A stretch of DNA of 64,000 nucleotides from a virus (IMGVR_UViG_2740892441_000001), one strand, 5' to 3'; shown: positions 1-10,177, counted from the stretch's first letter. Translations and numbers: made by a program. Notes: generated by a model from the letters alone, not told the origin.

Positions 1-319
1 GAACCTGAATAGCCAACTGGTTGTTGGTGTCGGCCATAGTGGTCGCCAGGAATTTATCAACGTCTACGTCACCAGCCAGAATACGCAGTTTCGCAACGCA
101 TTCTTCGAAGGTTGCTGCACCTTCAGGGATGGTGTCGTTAACGTCGATGAAGGTAGCTTCACTCAGCGTTTTTTCACGGTTGTACAGATATGCCTTTGAA
201 TTAATTTTCATAAAAGGCAGGATGGCAAACAGGTCATCGCGATCGATGATGGTTTCAATCACGCCCTGTTCAAGTTCGTTGTTAGACAGCTTTTCAGCTT
301 CTTCACGCAGTAATGGCAT
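1..319 (-). CDS. Major capsid protein, N-terminal fragment (gene runs off the window start)
   Basis: Minus-strand ATG at 317-319 preceded by AAGGGA RBS; translation MPLLREEAEKLSNNELEQGVIETIIDRDDLFAILPF...; sits directly downstream of scaffold-like gene in terminase-portal-scaffold-capsid order. Plus-strand ORF 21-341 judged antisense artefact. Confidence 0.45.
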   Translation of the reverse strand, partial: MPLLREEAEKLSNNELEQGVIETIIDRDDLFAILPFMKINSKAYLYNREKTLSEATFIDVNDTIPEGAATFEECVAKLRILAGDVDVDKFLATTMADTNNQLAIQV

Positions 320-344
320 CTATCAATTCCCTTTGATTTAGATG

Positions 345-1232
345 TTACTTAAGTCCAATTTTCCCCAGACCGGAGGCCAACTTATCCATAGTCGACTTGT
401 TCTTCGGTTGGGATATTGTGTAGGTCGATTTGGAATGTGAGCCTACACCCTGCTTGGCTTCGCTACGCATCAATGCGTCAGCTTCCGGATCTGCCCGCAC
501 AATGCGTTCAATCGCGGATTCAAACGGCAACGGCTTACCTTCACCGTCAACCAGAACAGCTCGTTCTTTATGACCTGCCGGTTTGTCATAACCCACTACG
601 CTACCGTCTTCACCCACTTCAAAATGAGAACCGTAGATCACGCGGGCTTTTGCCGGAGTCATCAGAACTTTGTCACGTAGGAAGAGAGAGTTACTGAAGG
701 AAGTGCCCACGGTCATCTCGACTAATTGAGATTTCAGTGATGCGTTTTCACTTTCCAGTGCTGTATAACGTTCGTCACGCTGTGCCAGCTCTGCCTGGTG
801 TGCTTCGATCATCTGTTTTTTAACAGCATCGAACTCACCACGACGCTCCAGTTCAGCTTGCTCCGCCTCACGACGTGCATTTTCTGCGGCCTGTTCAGCT
901 TCTAAAAGCTGGCGAGCACGCGCCGGGTCGATATCACCGTACTGAGCAAGCTGATCGGCCAATGTGCGCTCTTTCTCTTTGCGCTTCATGTTCTCTTTCA
1001 GCAGTTCAGCACCAGCTTTCTTGGTTTTGCGAAGTTCGGCCAGTAACTCTTCATGAGTCATGCCAGCGTATTCGTCATCACCCTTCGGCTGCTCTTTTTG
1101 TTCACCCTGTTTGTCAGGATCTTGTGTACTCTGCTCATTATCAGCAGCTACACCGCCAGCGCCTCCACGCTCATGCGCTTCAGCAACATCCATCAGACCA
1201 CGACGGGCCAAAAGCATTTGCCACAGTTTCAT
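345..1232 (-). CDS. Head scaffolding-like protein (charged, coiled-coil rich)
   Basis: 295 aa, highly charged with long E/A/R/Q-rich helical stretch; located between portal-like gene and capsid start. Assignment by position and composition only. Confidence 0.45.
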   Translation of the reverse strand: MKLWQMLLARRGLMDVAEAHERGGAGGVAADNEQSTQDPDKQGEQKEQPKGDDEYAGMTHEELLAELRKTKKAGAELLKENMKRKEKERTLADQLAQYGDIDPARARQLLEAEQAAENARREAEQAELERRGEFDAVKKQMIEAHQAELAQRDERYTALESENASLKSQLVEMTVGTSFSNSLFLRDKVLMTPAKARVIYGSHFEVGEDGSVVGYDKPAGHKERAVLVDGEGKPLPFESAIERIVRADPEADALMRSEAKQGVGSHSKSTYTISQPKNKSTMDKLASGLGKIGLK

Positions 1233-1253
1233 AAAAATTCCCTTTGTTACTTA

Positions 1254-1622
1254 TCACTCGTTCTCTTGAGTAGATGAGTCCCCATTCCCTCGGGGTTGAT
1301 CTTGCCCGCTTTCTTGGGCTGCGTCTTGATCATAAGTAAGTACTGACTTATTTTCAAGGGTATTTAGATCATTTTTTGGCGGAAAATTCAAGAGATCTTT
1401 ATCAAATTCCTTCTTCATCGCCTCAGTGATGTTCGGGAAAATCTTCTCAATCAGCATTTCCATCTGGTGACGACGTACAGAGTCCGGTGCCTGAAGTAAC
1501 GACAGTTTCTCGGCAACAGAAAATTCATCAGTAAGGCCACGAATATCGAAACTTTCTGGATACGCAATTAAAGAGTGGTCTTCGTCCAGATCTACCCCCA
1601 TCCATTTCGCAACCAGTAGCAT
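1254..1622 (-). CDS. Hypothetical acidic head-module protein
   Basis: 122 aa ORF; start overlaps end of upstream portal-like ORF; no recognisable motif. Confidence 0.35.
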   Translation of the reverse strand: MLLVAKWMGVDLDEDHSLIAYPESFDIRGLTDEFSVAEKLSLLQAPDSVRRHQMEMLIEKIFPNITEAMKKEFDKDLLNFPPKNDLNTLENKSVLTYDQDAAQESGQDQPRGNGDSSTQENE

Positions 1623-2827
1623 GATTTGGCGTTCAGCCTTTCCAGACGCTCTGCTTTTGTGACAAGCAAGCTATTTACACGCTGGAAGTCATACATTTTT
1701 GCGGCACCAGATGAGTTATCGATTCCCTGTGCGTTGTCCTGCTTCGTTCGCTCACCAGCTACACCAACTGAATGGTAGATTTCGTTAATCACCGTCTTAA
1801 TCGTAGTGATGATCATCTGAGCTTGTTTCGGGTCTGGTGACAGATAAAACGGCTGGTTTCCACCTTCAGAATCGTAGGTGAAGACTCGCTTTGTGCCCAT
1901 TTCAAGCACTTTAGTGTGGTTTTCATCACCAGGTAAAAGCGACTGTACCGGTATAGCCAACTGGCTAAATGTCTGATCCTGAATAATGGCATCAAGGTTT
2001 GACAGATAGTTTGCAACCGCACGATCAAGATAAGCGATATCATCGATCAACGATGGGCTGAAATACGGTGATTCACTTTCTCCAATACAATCAACAGGAA
2101 ACACAGGAACTACGCCGAGATTATGCTCACCGCTATCCTCTAAAATAACTTTTGCCTGACGGCGACCTGCTCCACCAGCGCCCTTCTTCACTTCCTCACG
2201 GAACAGATACCACTCGTTTTGTGTCCACAGACGATAACGTTGGTATTCCTGACCTGTAGAAGTAAAAGGATCTGCGTCATCACGAGCGACTTCCACAATT
2301 AACGCCCACAACATATTCCCGTCGTCGTCCCATGCCACATCCAGCATTTGCTGAGGTGAAATCCAGTAGGCGTAGGCGCGAGCATCTTTCTTTTTCTCGT
2401 CAGCTACTGACTCAACATCACCACTCATCGTGCTATCGACAACAACCCATATGCGACCGTAAATAGACGACTGCAAATCAATAGCGGCCATAAATGAGTC
2501 AATAGAGGCATTCTGGCGGGTCGCACGTTTCCAGAAATTGCGGATCTGCTCTGGTGCCTCTTCGATATTTCTATGAATGTCTTCTTTAAAGAGATATTTG
2601 TTGATGAGGTTTACCACCTCACGAGTGTGGTTGAAGCGATAAGCACGCTCAACTCGCTCCTTAAACTCCTGATCTCCCTCTTTAAAGTAACGAAAGATAT
2701 TGTCTGTAAACCAACCACGCCCGCCAGCGTAAGTGCTGGCGAGGAAGTCCCAATGTTCTTTTTTCTTTTCGTATTCCGGGTGGCGTCGCGCCACCAGATC
2801 CTTAATTTGTTTGTCGTTCAATTCCAT
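1592..2827 (-). CDS. Putative portal protein
   Basis: 411 aa ORF immediately downstream of large terminase on the same strand; RBS AAGG upstream; assignment by synteny. Confidence 0.5.
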   Translation of the reverse strand: MELNDKQIKDLVARRHPEYEKKKEHWDFLASTYAGGRGWFTDNIFRYFKEGDQEFKERVERAYRFNHTREVVNLINKYLFKEDIHRNIEEAPEQIRNFWKRATRQNASIDSFMAAIDLQSSIYGRIWVVVDSTMSGDVESVADEKKKDARAYAYWISPQQMLDVAWDDDGNMLWALIVEVARDDADPFTSTGQEYQRYRLWTQNEWYLFREEVKKGAGGAGRRQAKVILEDSGEHNLGVVPVFPVDCIGESESPYFSPSLIDDIAYLDRAVANYLSNLDAIIQDQTFSQLAIPVQSLLPGDENHTKVLEMGTKRVFTYDSEGGNQPFYLSPDPKQAQMIITTIKTVINEIYHSVGVAGERTKQDNAQGIDNSSGAAKMYDFQRVNSLLVTKAERLERLNAKSCYWLRNGWG

Positions 2828-2853
2828 TTGAATAACCTTAGATAATTACTTAC

Positions 2854-4110
2854 CTATCGAGAACCACCAAGAATAACACGGTTTTTGACTGGATACCTAC
2901 GATGTACTGGATAGCCCAATGCGTCTGCACTATGCTCAATGCCACCTGTCTTATCCATATCTCGTGTTCCAGGCTTGTAGATGACCTTTTCCAGTGAATC
3001 AATCAAATGCTTGCACTTCGGATCGATATACAGCCGGATATCTCCAGATGCGGTCATCAGCATTCGGTTAACAGCATTAACACGATCCGCAATTGGCGGG
3101 TGCTTTTTCGAATAATCGACACGTAAGAATCCCTTCTCTTTGAATATGTCTACGTCAGACTCCCCGCGAGCATGTTGGCGATAAGCACCTGCCGGATCTG
3201 GAAATACCGTTATCTGTGATTTCCAGCGCCAGAAGCGCCTCTCAAGCTCATCACAAACCTCTGCCGTGTTAGAGGAAAAGAGCACCAATTCATCAATTGC
3301 CCATAGCTCACCATTTGGCTGAGGTTGCAAAATTACGGAAGACATCGGGTCAATGTTGAAGTCCTGTCCTACCCATATAGGCAACCGAGGGTTGAACTGA
3401 AGCGGTTTAACATGCACGTTTCGATCGAACGGGTAGTAAACGCGCCCGGACATATTTTCAAAGCTGGCCAGGTACTCCTGAGCGAACGATTTAGGGTCCA
3501 TATCGTTCTTAGCAGCTTCAATTTCCGCCGTAGGCACAAACGGCGAATCAGCAGTTACAAACTGCCAGCTCTTCCACTGTCCCTTTCTTTGCAGCTCTAC
3601 GTTCTGGCCTATAGTCCACAGTTTGTGAAATTCCGAGAAGCCTTTTGGCGTACCAATGATCAGTGCACCGCCGCGTGTCGATGAAAGAGTAGGTCGTAAC
3701 ACCTTGTACCAGGTGTCAGCCTTCATATCCTGAAATTCATCAAGCACTACAAAATGCAACGCTACGCCGCGCAGAGTGTCAGGTTTATCAGCACCTTTGA
3801 GGGCGATCTCCGAACCGTTCTTCAACACGATTGTCATCGTGGTGTCGTTCTTTTTCCTAACCCACTTACGGGGCAGAACTTCCTGTAGATCGTCCCACAA
3901 AATCTGGCGAGCCATCTGGTAAGTAGGAGCGACATACCAGACCCTTTGCTTTTTTTCCTTTGCCGCCGCACGAATAATAGTGGAGATCGACAACCGGGAT
4001 TTTCCCCAGCGTCGACCAGCACAAACAACTTTAAATCGATGCGGAGACTGGAAGACTTTCATCTGTCCAGAATGCAGTTGCACAAGACTGAGCGAGGACG
4101 GGATTGCCAT
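2854..4110 (-). CDS. terL: Terminase large subunit
   Basis: 418 aa; Walker A-like VVCAGRRWGKS, Walker B-like HFVVLDEFQD, C-terminal nuclease-like region with conserved acidic residues. Confidence 0.9.
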   Translation of the reverse strand: MAIPSSLSLVQLHSGQMKVFQSPHRFKVVCAGRRWGKSRLSISTIIRAAAKEKKQRVWYVAPTYQMARQILWDDLQEVLPRKWVRKKNDTTMTIVLKNGSEIALKGADKPDTLRGVALHFVVLDEFQDMKADTWYKVLRPTLSSTRGGALIIGTPKGFSEFHKLWTIGQNVELQRKGQWKSWQFVTADSPFVPTAEIEAAKNDMDPKSFAQEYLASFENMSGRVYYPFDRNVHVKPLQFNPRLPIWVGQDFNIDPMSSVILQPQPNGELWAIDELVLFSSNTAEVCDELERRFWRWKSQITVFPDPAGAYRQHARGESDVDIFKEKGFLRVDYSKKHPPIADRVNAVNRMLMTASGDIRLYIDPKCKHLIDSLEKVIYKPGTRDMDKTGGIEHSADALGYPVHRRYPVKNRVILGGSR

Positions 4111-4742
4111 TATTCGTCCTCCCCTTCACTTCCATCATCTGTCGCATCAAATTCGCTTAGAGCTTCTTCTTCCAACGTCTCAAGCAATTCGTCATCGATG
4201 ATTTCAGGCTCGTCGTCTTCCTGACGTAATTTCGCCACCTGGGAAGGCGTAAGCTCACCAAATACCAGGTTCGGAATTTCTTCCTCGTCATTTTCCGCAT
4301 GATCCATGCCCAATGCTTTGGACGAAACTTCAAAGCATTTTGCAAGGGTATTACTGGCTCTCTGTAAGCTCTTGAGAGAACCCTCAATCGCCCCTAAAGG
4401 CTTACCCTCACGTTTGGCCGTAGTGACTTCGACCATCACCATCTGCCCCAACGCATACGCCCAGCCGTCATAACGTGTACGACGTTCTTCTATCTTTTCC
4501 GCACGGGCTTTAGCGCGAAGCTCTGCGTCAGATTTAAGAGACTCACGAACCATCTTCCCAACAGAGTCCGCGCCTTTCTCTAATCCTCGCTTTTTGAAAT
4601 GTCTGGAGAGTGTTTCACGACGAATGCCGTACTCTTCCTCCAGCTTTGAGAGTGTATATTCGCCTGACGTCCATTTGGCTTCAGCTTCGGCCCACTCCGC
4701 TGGTGTCAGGCGAGTTTTTACCTCGTCTTTTTCGACAGTCAT
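4110..4742 (-). CDS. Putative terminase small subunit / DNA-binding packaging protein
   Basis: 210 aa immediately upstream of and overlapping terL start; N-terminal HTH-like segment, acidic C-terminus; GAGGGA RBS. Confidence 0.5.
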   Translation of the reverse strand: MTVEKDEVKTRLTPAEWAEAEAKWTSGEYTLSKLEEEYGIRRETLSRHFKKRGLEKGADSVGKMVRESLKSDAELRAKARAEKIEERRTRYDGWAYALGQMVMVEVTTAKREGKPLGAIEGSLKSLQRASNTLAKCFEVSSKALGMDHAENDEEEIPNLVFGELTPSQVAKLRQEDDEPEIIDDELLETLEEEALSEFDATDDGSEGEDE

Positions 4743-4838
4743 AGATCCCTCTAAAACACACAGAGCGCGTCCATGCGCTCTAAAACAACTTGTTTACTGC
4801 ATCTGCTAACCAACTTGTTTTCTGGTGTGTCTAATTAG

Positions 4839-4936
4839 GTCTGGGCATGTCTTACTAAGCCTGCTTCCGTATATATTTAATAAGTTACTTATTATTTATA
4901 TATACGGAAGCAGGTCTTTAAATAACGTCCCAGACC
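4839..4936. repeat. Long near-perfect palindrome (CCTGCTTCCGTATATAT ... ATATATACGGAAGCAGG) with outer GGTCTGGG/CCCAGACC arms
   Basis: Read directly; lies between stop of 4939-5205 gene and the terS promoter region; a second copy of the same arm sequence is at ~35979-36037. Confidence 0.7.
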
Positions 4937-4938
4937 GA

Positions 4939-5205
4939 TTACATCACCAGTAACTTCGCTTTGGCTCGACCTAAAGTGGTTAACCCAAGAGTCCGGCGGT
5001 GATAGCGATTGTCACTGCGTTGGCGCGTATGCCCTTTCTCCACCAGCCCCTTTTTTATCAGAGCGCGAATTGAGAACTGGATACTTTGCTTTGTTGTCTT
5101 GTACGGCAAAACTTCAAGCAATTCGTCCAGATCAAGTAGATGACCTCGCTCATAACCGAGATTGAGCGTTTTGATGATGTCCTTTTGTTTGTCGGTTAAC
5201 GTCAT
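4939..5205 (-). CDS. Small putative DNA-binding protein (winged-helix-like)
   Basis: 88 aa, basic C-terminus; first gene downstream of the 5215-8112 operon. Confidence 0.45.
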   Translation of the reverse strand: MTLTDKQKDIIKTLNLGYERGHLLDLDELLEVLPYKTTKQSIQFSIRALIKKGLVEKGHTRQRSDNRYHRRTLGLTTLGRAKAKLLVM

Positions 5206-5214
5206 GGCAAATCC

Positions 5215-6105
5215 TTATGCCGGTAAAGCAATTTCTAACGGTTTATCCAAAGGTTGTTTGTCGAATGCCAGCAGTGGCAGCGTGTCAGGCAGTCGACGAC
5301 CAAAGTCAGGGTTTCGATACACACCATACAACGGAGACGTAAAGCTCAGGTTGTGAATGTCCTTGAGCAGCTTCACAATGCTGGCCTCGTCCACCAGACT
5401 GTCGGCAATGTCCTGAATCGTCGTGCCACGATTCCGCCCAGCTTTTGCCAGGGAACTGTTCTTGTGGTAGTCCGCCACCAGATCACGCAGTGCACGGCGA
5501 CGACGTGACTCGCTCATTGCGAACAACTCTTTGACGATCGCCTCGTTATCACCCGGGTCGGAGCGGAAATGGCGCTGGAACACACGCAGTGCACTTTCAT
5601 AGCTCTTCGGTCGCTCAGGGCGGATGAACTTGAACCCTGCTTTCATGGCGAAGGGATTGTATTTGCTCATCGAGGATTGGATCTCAATGATTGGCCGGTC
5701 ATGCATCCTGCTAACCAGGTTAATCATTCGATAAGAGACGCCTACGCCACGGTACTGAGTATCCACAACTGAGCGGCTGATCACCGCAAAGTTGTTATTC
5801 ACGTACCGGCCCCAGTACTGGTTAGCCACGGTGGTATTGGTGGTTGGTTTCAACTTAGGAAACATGCGATGGCGAGGTGCCAGCAGAAGTTTCGGGTAAG
5901 CCATAACCACGACGCCCACCAGACGGTCATCCAGTTCGCAGCGATAGTATGTTGGCGCGAAAGGTTTGCCGTCTGTTTTGTAGTGAAGCGACTTAAGAGC
6001 GTGCCAGTCCTCTACAGTTCCCTTTGTGACAGTCATTCGCTCCAGAAAGTCCAGATGACGCGGAAACTCTTCAGGGCGGTAGCGTTTAATGATGATGTCC
6101 GTCAT
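5215..6105 (-). CDS. Hypothetical protein (possible acyltransferase-like fold)
   Basis: 296 aa; stop/start overlap with upstream ATPase gene implies operon; weak GNAT-like segment RCELDDRLVGVVVMAYP. Confidence 0.5.
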   Translation of the reverse strand: MTDIIIKRYRPEEFPRHLDFLERMTVTKGTVEDWHALKSLHYKTDGKPFAPTYYRCELDDRLVGVVVMAYPKLLLAPRHRMFPKLKPTTNTTVANQYWGRYVNNNFAVISRSVVDTQYRGVGVSYRMINLVSRMHDRPIIEIQSSMSKYNPFAMKAGFKFIRPERPKSYESALRVFQRHFRSDPGDNEAIVKELFAMSESRRRRALRDLVADYHKNSSLAKAGRNRGTTIQDIADSLVDEASIVKLLKDIHNLSFTSPLYGVYRNPDFGRRLPDTLPLLAFDKQPLDKPLEIALPA

Positions 6106-6767
6106 GAATGGACCTCATCATAACTACCATTGTGATATTCCACCTTCACGCGTTCTTTGTAGTGCTTGGTGATCTGCATATCCGGGCGCAGCGCGTTCTT
6201 CAGGTCTTCGTGAGTCGTCGCCACCATTACCGTCGCACCAACCTTTCGAGCGGCACGCTGGAGGTTAGATGCCACAACCTGAGCGGTTACACGGTCTAGA
6301 ACAGCACCGAACTCGTCAGCAGCCCACACTTTAGCGCCTGACTCAATCAGTTTGGCAATCTTGAGACGATATTTCTGACCGTCTGACATTTCAGAAGGCT
6401 TGCGAACAAACAGATATGCATCGTTCAGACCTGCCATAGATAACAACCCAAGCGCATCACTGGTAGTTTTGCCCAGTTGGTCAATGACGTTAACCTCATT
6501 ATCGAAGGTAAAGTCATCAATAGAAGCTACAGAAAGCCCTTCATCCTTCATCTGGCGTTGCAACTCGCGCAACACAACGGATTTACCTGAACCGGATTGG
6601 CCGGTGATGTACACCACATCGCCCTGCTTCACTTCCAGCTCCAGATTGTCGTAAAGCGTCCACTCTTTTTCGTCCAGGCCAAGCCCGAACGACTCAGCGA
6701 TTTCCAACGTGCGCGTGGTTTTATTTACGCGTGTCTGAAACGATACGTTGATGATGTATTTGCTCAT
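6102..6767 (-). CDS. ABC-type ATPase domain protein (soluble)
   Basis: Walker A GQSGSGKS, ABC-signature-like MSDGQKYRL, Walker B VWAADEFGAVLD, H-loop-like ATTHED. Confidence 0.65.
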   Translation of the reverse strand: MSKYIINVSFQTRVNKTTRTLEIAESFGLGLDEKEWTLYDNLELEVKQGDVVYITGQSGSGKSVVLRELQRQMKDEGLSVASIDDFTFDNEVNVIDQLGKTTSDALGLLSMAGLNDAYLFVRKPSEMSDGQKYRLKIAKLIESGAKVWAADEFGAVLDRVTAQVVASNLQRAARKVGATVMVATTHEDLKNALRPDMQITKHYKERVKVEYHNGSYDEVHS

Positions 6768-7432
6768 GCAGCCATCTCCCCGGAAGAGATCTTCTCCGCA
6801 TATGCCACAAATGCGTCTACCCCGCTTTCTCCCGTCATTTCTTCCATGTGGGCAAGCAAATCACCAACAACAATGGCAGAGCCAGCAGGGAGCGTTTTAA
6901 AGCCCAATACGTCGATAACACGTACTTCTTCCGCTGCAACTTCACGACTGATCTCGGTGTGTTCATCCTTCTGTCGTTTAGTTTCTTCGCCCAGATCGAT
7001 AACTAGCGAGTCGGTGTCCATTTCTTCTGTCATGCTGCCAACGAGAACATTCAACTCCCGCTCTTCAAAGCCGAAAACCTCGATATCGTCCAGAACAAGC
7101 GACTCAAGTTCTTTCTGTAGCTTAATTGCATCGTAATCAATGCTGGCAAGTCGGTTATCTTCAAGGCGCTTCGCACGAACCTCGTCATCACTGAGATCAT
7201 CGCGAACAATAACCGGTACGCGCTCAAGTCCAGCAAAAATTGCAGCCTCACGGCGGCCGTGGCCAGTAATAATTACGTCGTTCTTATCGACCGTAATTGG
7301 CTGGTCAAATCCGCGCTTTTTAATGGCTGCGGCCAGATCTCGGATCTGCTGTTCATCATGCTTTTTGGCATTCATCTCATAGGGAATAAGATCTGCCGGG
7401 TCGCGATATACGATTTCAAACTTTTTGGTCAT
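6764..7432 (-). CDS. ParB-like nuclease domain protein
   Basis: ParB N-terminal-like motif ITGHGRREAA...VPVIV; start set at MTKKFEIVY (ATG overlapping upstream stop). Confidence 0.6.
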   Translation of the reverse strand: MTKKFEIVYRDPADLIPYEMNAKKHDEQQIRDLAAAIKKRGFDQPITVDKNDVIITGHGRREAAIFAGLERVPVIVRDDLSDDEVRAKRLEDNRLASIDYDAIKLQKELESLVLDDIEVFGFEERELNVLVGSMTEEMDTDSLVIDLGEETKRQKDEHTEISREVAAEEVRVIDVLGFKTLPAGSAIVVGDLLAHMEEMTGESGVDAFVAYAEKISSGEMAA

Positions 7433-8112
7433 TACATACACTCCTTGTAGTAGTCGACCAGCCACACCAGAGCCTCACCAGCGTTCTCCATTTCATTACC
7501 GGTGTTAATAGCCTGCTCTTTGATGATGTTTTTTATGGTTTCTGCAACACGATCTGACGCATCGAAAGTTACTTTGAAGCGCATGGTCTGATGTTCCGCA
7601 CCCACACGTTCGGTTTTCTCTCGTTTGTCGGTATCGACAGGCTCATCACTACCACGAGACAACGCCTCCAGTGCTTCAAGGTCGATTGCCGCCTCTTTTG
7701 CTAAAACCATCGAGATTTCGTCGTCATACGGGGCGATTTCAGACAGTTGATAGTCAAGTTCTGACTGAATTTCTTCAATGAAGCGTTGCAATGCGATTTG
7801 GTCGTCTTCACCGTATCGCTCGTTGTCCACTAGTGACATCTGTTTAGCTACGACATCGCTAATTTTGCCCACAGAAAGCACCGGAACCGTTGAAATTCCT
7901 TGCTCAATAGCAGCACGCCAGCGATGTTCGCCGCCGAGGATTTCAAAAAATCCATCTTCAAGTTCACGAGCCAAAATTGGCTTAAAAAAGCCCAATTTTT
8001 CGATAGAACCTTTCAGTTTTTCAAAATTCTGCGCACCAACCGAATTGGTGTTCCAGGTATTCGGGCGAAGGTTGGCAACATCAACCTGCAAAATCGTGAT
8101 TTTTACATCCAT
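7432..8112 (-). CDS. ParB-like nuclease domain protein
   Basis: ParB/Srx signature FEILGGEHRWRAAIEQGISTVPV; first gene of the operon, divergent from helicase gene. Confidence 0.65.
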   Translation of the reverse strand: MDVKITILQVDVANLRPNTWNTNSVGAQNFEKLKGSIEKLGFFKPILARELEDGFFEILGGEHRWRAAIEQGISTVPVLSVGKISDVVAKQMSLVDNERYGEDDQIALQRFIEEIQSELDYQLSEIAPYDDEISMVLAKEAAIDLEALEALSRGSDEPVDTDKREKTERVGAEHQTMRFKVTFDASDRVAETIKNIIKEQAINTGNEMENAGEALVWLVDYYKECM

Positions 8113-8194
8113 TTTATTGCTACAATCAACTAAGTAATTACTTACTTATTATAATAGCCAAATAACATACAAAAGGCACTAAGGAAAGAGGTTT

Positions 8195-9754
8195 ATGACT
8201 GTTCGGATTGTATCTAACGCAGTAAATGCGCTTATTTCTGGCGCAGATGACAAGGTAAAGCAACTGGTGCAACAGATGTTGAGCTACGAAGTCGAGACTG
8301 GCGACTGGAAAGGCACAAGCACGATGTTCAACTGGAGTAAAAACTCGTTCCCTGCTGGCTTTGCCAAGCCTGTAGCGGCGAACTTGAACAAGGCGGGCAT
8401 CAAATGTGTTCATATCCGCAAAGACAAAGCCCCGGCGCTTGGAAAGCCAAATCCGGCGGTTAACCCATTCCCATACAATCCTGATTATGCGTATCAGGAT
8501 CAGACTGTGGAAACGCTAGTTCGCGAGGGAATGATGATTGCGCAGATCGCTACTGGTGGCGGAAAATCTAATGTTGCCTGCAAAGCAGCTGCACGTATCG
8601 GTCGAATGACATTATTTTTAACAACCCGCTCTGTTCTGATGTTTCAGATGGCCGAAAACTTCCAGAGATCCATCGACTACCGCGCCGAAAATGGCGAACC
8701 GTGGTTAAAAGACCAAAAGGTTGGAGTAATTGGCTCGGGTGAGTTCCAGGTATCGCGACATATCAACGTTGCTACAGTTCAAACTCTTGCAAGTTTCCTC
8801 GAAGAACCACCACGCGATGCAACACCAGATAAGAAAAGCTACCACCTCAAACGTCGGGAGTTGGTGAAACGCTTCCTTTCAAGTGTCTCTCTTCTTATTC
8901 TGGAAGAGGCGCATGAGTCTTCAGGCTCTAATTTCTATGACATTGCCAGATTATGTGCGAACGCAGACTATCGCCTGGCGCTTACGGCAACGCCGTTCAT
9001 GAAGGATTCTACGGAAGCCAACATGCGTCTGATGGCTGTGGCCGGGCGAATTGAAATAAAAGTCACGGAAAAGTACCTGATTGATAAAGGCATTCTGGCA
9101 AAGCCATACTTCCTTTATCATAAAGTTGCCTACAAACCGGACGAGGTCAGAATCAAGGCAGAACTTGCTAACAAACACCTCAATTTTAGAGTAGGTATGA
9201 GCACTGCCTACCAAAAGGCTTATCAGTTGGGGATCGTGTATAATTTGGGACGTAACGAGGCCATTGTGCGCGAAGCATTGCTCTATAAGCAACACTCTCT
9301 CAACTGCATGACTCTGGTTCGTCTTAAACGCCACGGGCAAATCCTGATGGAGATGATGAAGGAGTCCGGTCTTAGAGTTGACTTCATCTATGGGGAATCG
9401 AACCAGGCGACAAGGCAAGCAAAGCTGAACAGTTTAGCGTCTGGTGAAATAGATGTTTTAATAGGCTCGACTATTCTGGATGTCGGTGTTGATGTGCCAA
9501 GCGTTGGTGCGGTCATTCTTGCTGGTGGCGGGAAAGCAGAAGTTGAAATGAGACAACGTGTCGGTCGTGGCTTACGAGCCAAGAAGAATCAGGCAAACGT
9601 GTGTTTTATCACTGATTTCATTGACATTAGCAACAAATACCTGTTGTCTCACTCTTATGAGCGAAAACACATCATCGACACTACACCTGGCTTTGCAGAA
9701 GGTGTATTGCCTATTGATGGCGCATTCGATTTTGGAGTTCTGAAACGAGATTAG
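8195..9754 (+). CDS. Superfamily-2 DEAD/DEAH-box helicase
   Basis: Motif I IATGGGKSN, motif II ILEEAHE, motif III LALTATP, motif VI RQRVGRGLRA; RBS AAGGAAAGAGG. Confidence 0.8.
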   Translation: MTVRIVSNAVNALISGADDKVKQLVQQMLSYEVETGDWKGTSTMFNWSKNSFPAGFAKPVAANLNKAGIKCVHIRKDKAPALGKPNPAVNPFPYNPDYAYQDQTVETLVREGMMIAQIATGGGKSNVACKAAARIGRMTLFLTTRSVLMFQMAENFQRSIDYRAENGEPWLKDQKVGVIGSGEFQVSRHINVATVQTLASFLEEPPRDATPDKKSYHLKRRELVKRFLSSVSLLILEEAHESSGSNFYDIARLCANADYRLALTATPFMKDSTEANMRLMAVAGRIEIKVTEKYLIDKGILAKPYFLYHKVAYKPDEVRIKAELANKHLNFRVGMSTAYQKAYQLGIVYNLGRNEAIVREALLYKQHSLNCMTLVRLKRHGQILMEMMKESGLRVDFIYGESNQATRQAKLNSLASGEIDVLIGSTILDVGVDVPSVGAVILAGGGKAEVEMRQRVGRGLRAKKNQANVCFITDFIDISNKYLLSHSYERKHIIDTTPGFAEGVLPIDGAFDFGVLKRD

Positions 9755-9756
9755 TT

Positions 9757-10035
9757 ATGAGCGAAAAGAAAACAACTTATTGTCAGGTAGCATTGACTGA
9801 TAAGGCCAATGACAAACTGGGAAAATTTCAAATGAAACTAAAAGAAAAAAACATCAAAATGTCCAAGGCTGAAGTTATCAATACCATTCTGGAGACGATG
9901 ACGATGGCTGAATTTGACAAGGTTTCATCTGCCGTTGGCGTCTCTGCTAAGGCTCGTGAAAAAATCATGCGCATCTATGAGAACTCTAATATGACAAAGG
10001 AAGACCTAGAACAAATTCTAAGCAAACTGCCATAA
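9757..10035 (+). CDS. Hypothetical small protein, coupled to helicase
   Basis: 92 aa ORF starting 2 nt after helicase stop. Confidence 0.5.
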   Translation: MSEKKTTYCQVALTDKANDKLGKFQMKLKEKNIKMSKAEVINTILETMTMAEFDKVSSAVGVSAKAREKIMRIYENSNMTKEDLEQILSKLP

Positions 10036-10177
10036 CATTTCACATTCCCTCCATCCGCCAATTCCAAGATGTGCTTACTTGTAAAAGGAGCACATCAATT
10101 GATGTGGCAGAGAATGAATTTAATCAAGACAAACATTGAATGATTAATAGACTACGATAGTGTCCAACAGGGCATTC

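Noticed and set aside
21-341. Plus-strand 106 aa ORF at the window start
   Set aside because: The minus strand over the same interval gives a plausible capsid N-terminus with an AAGGGA RBS in line with the structural operon.
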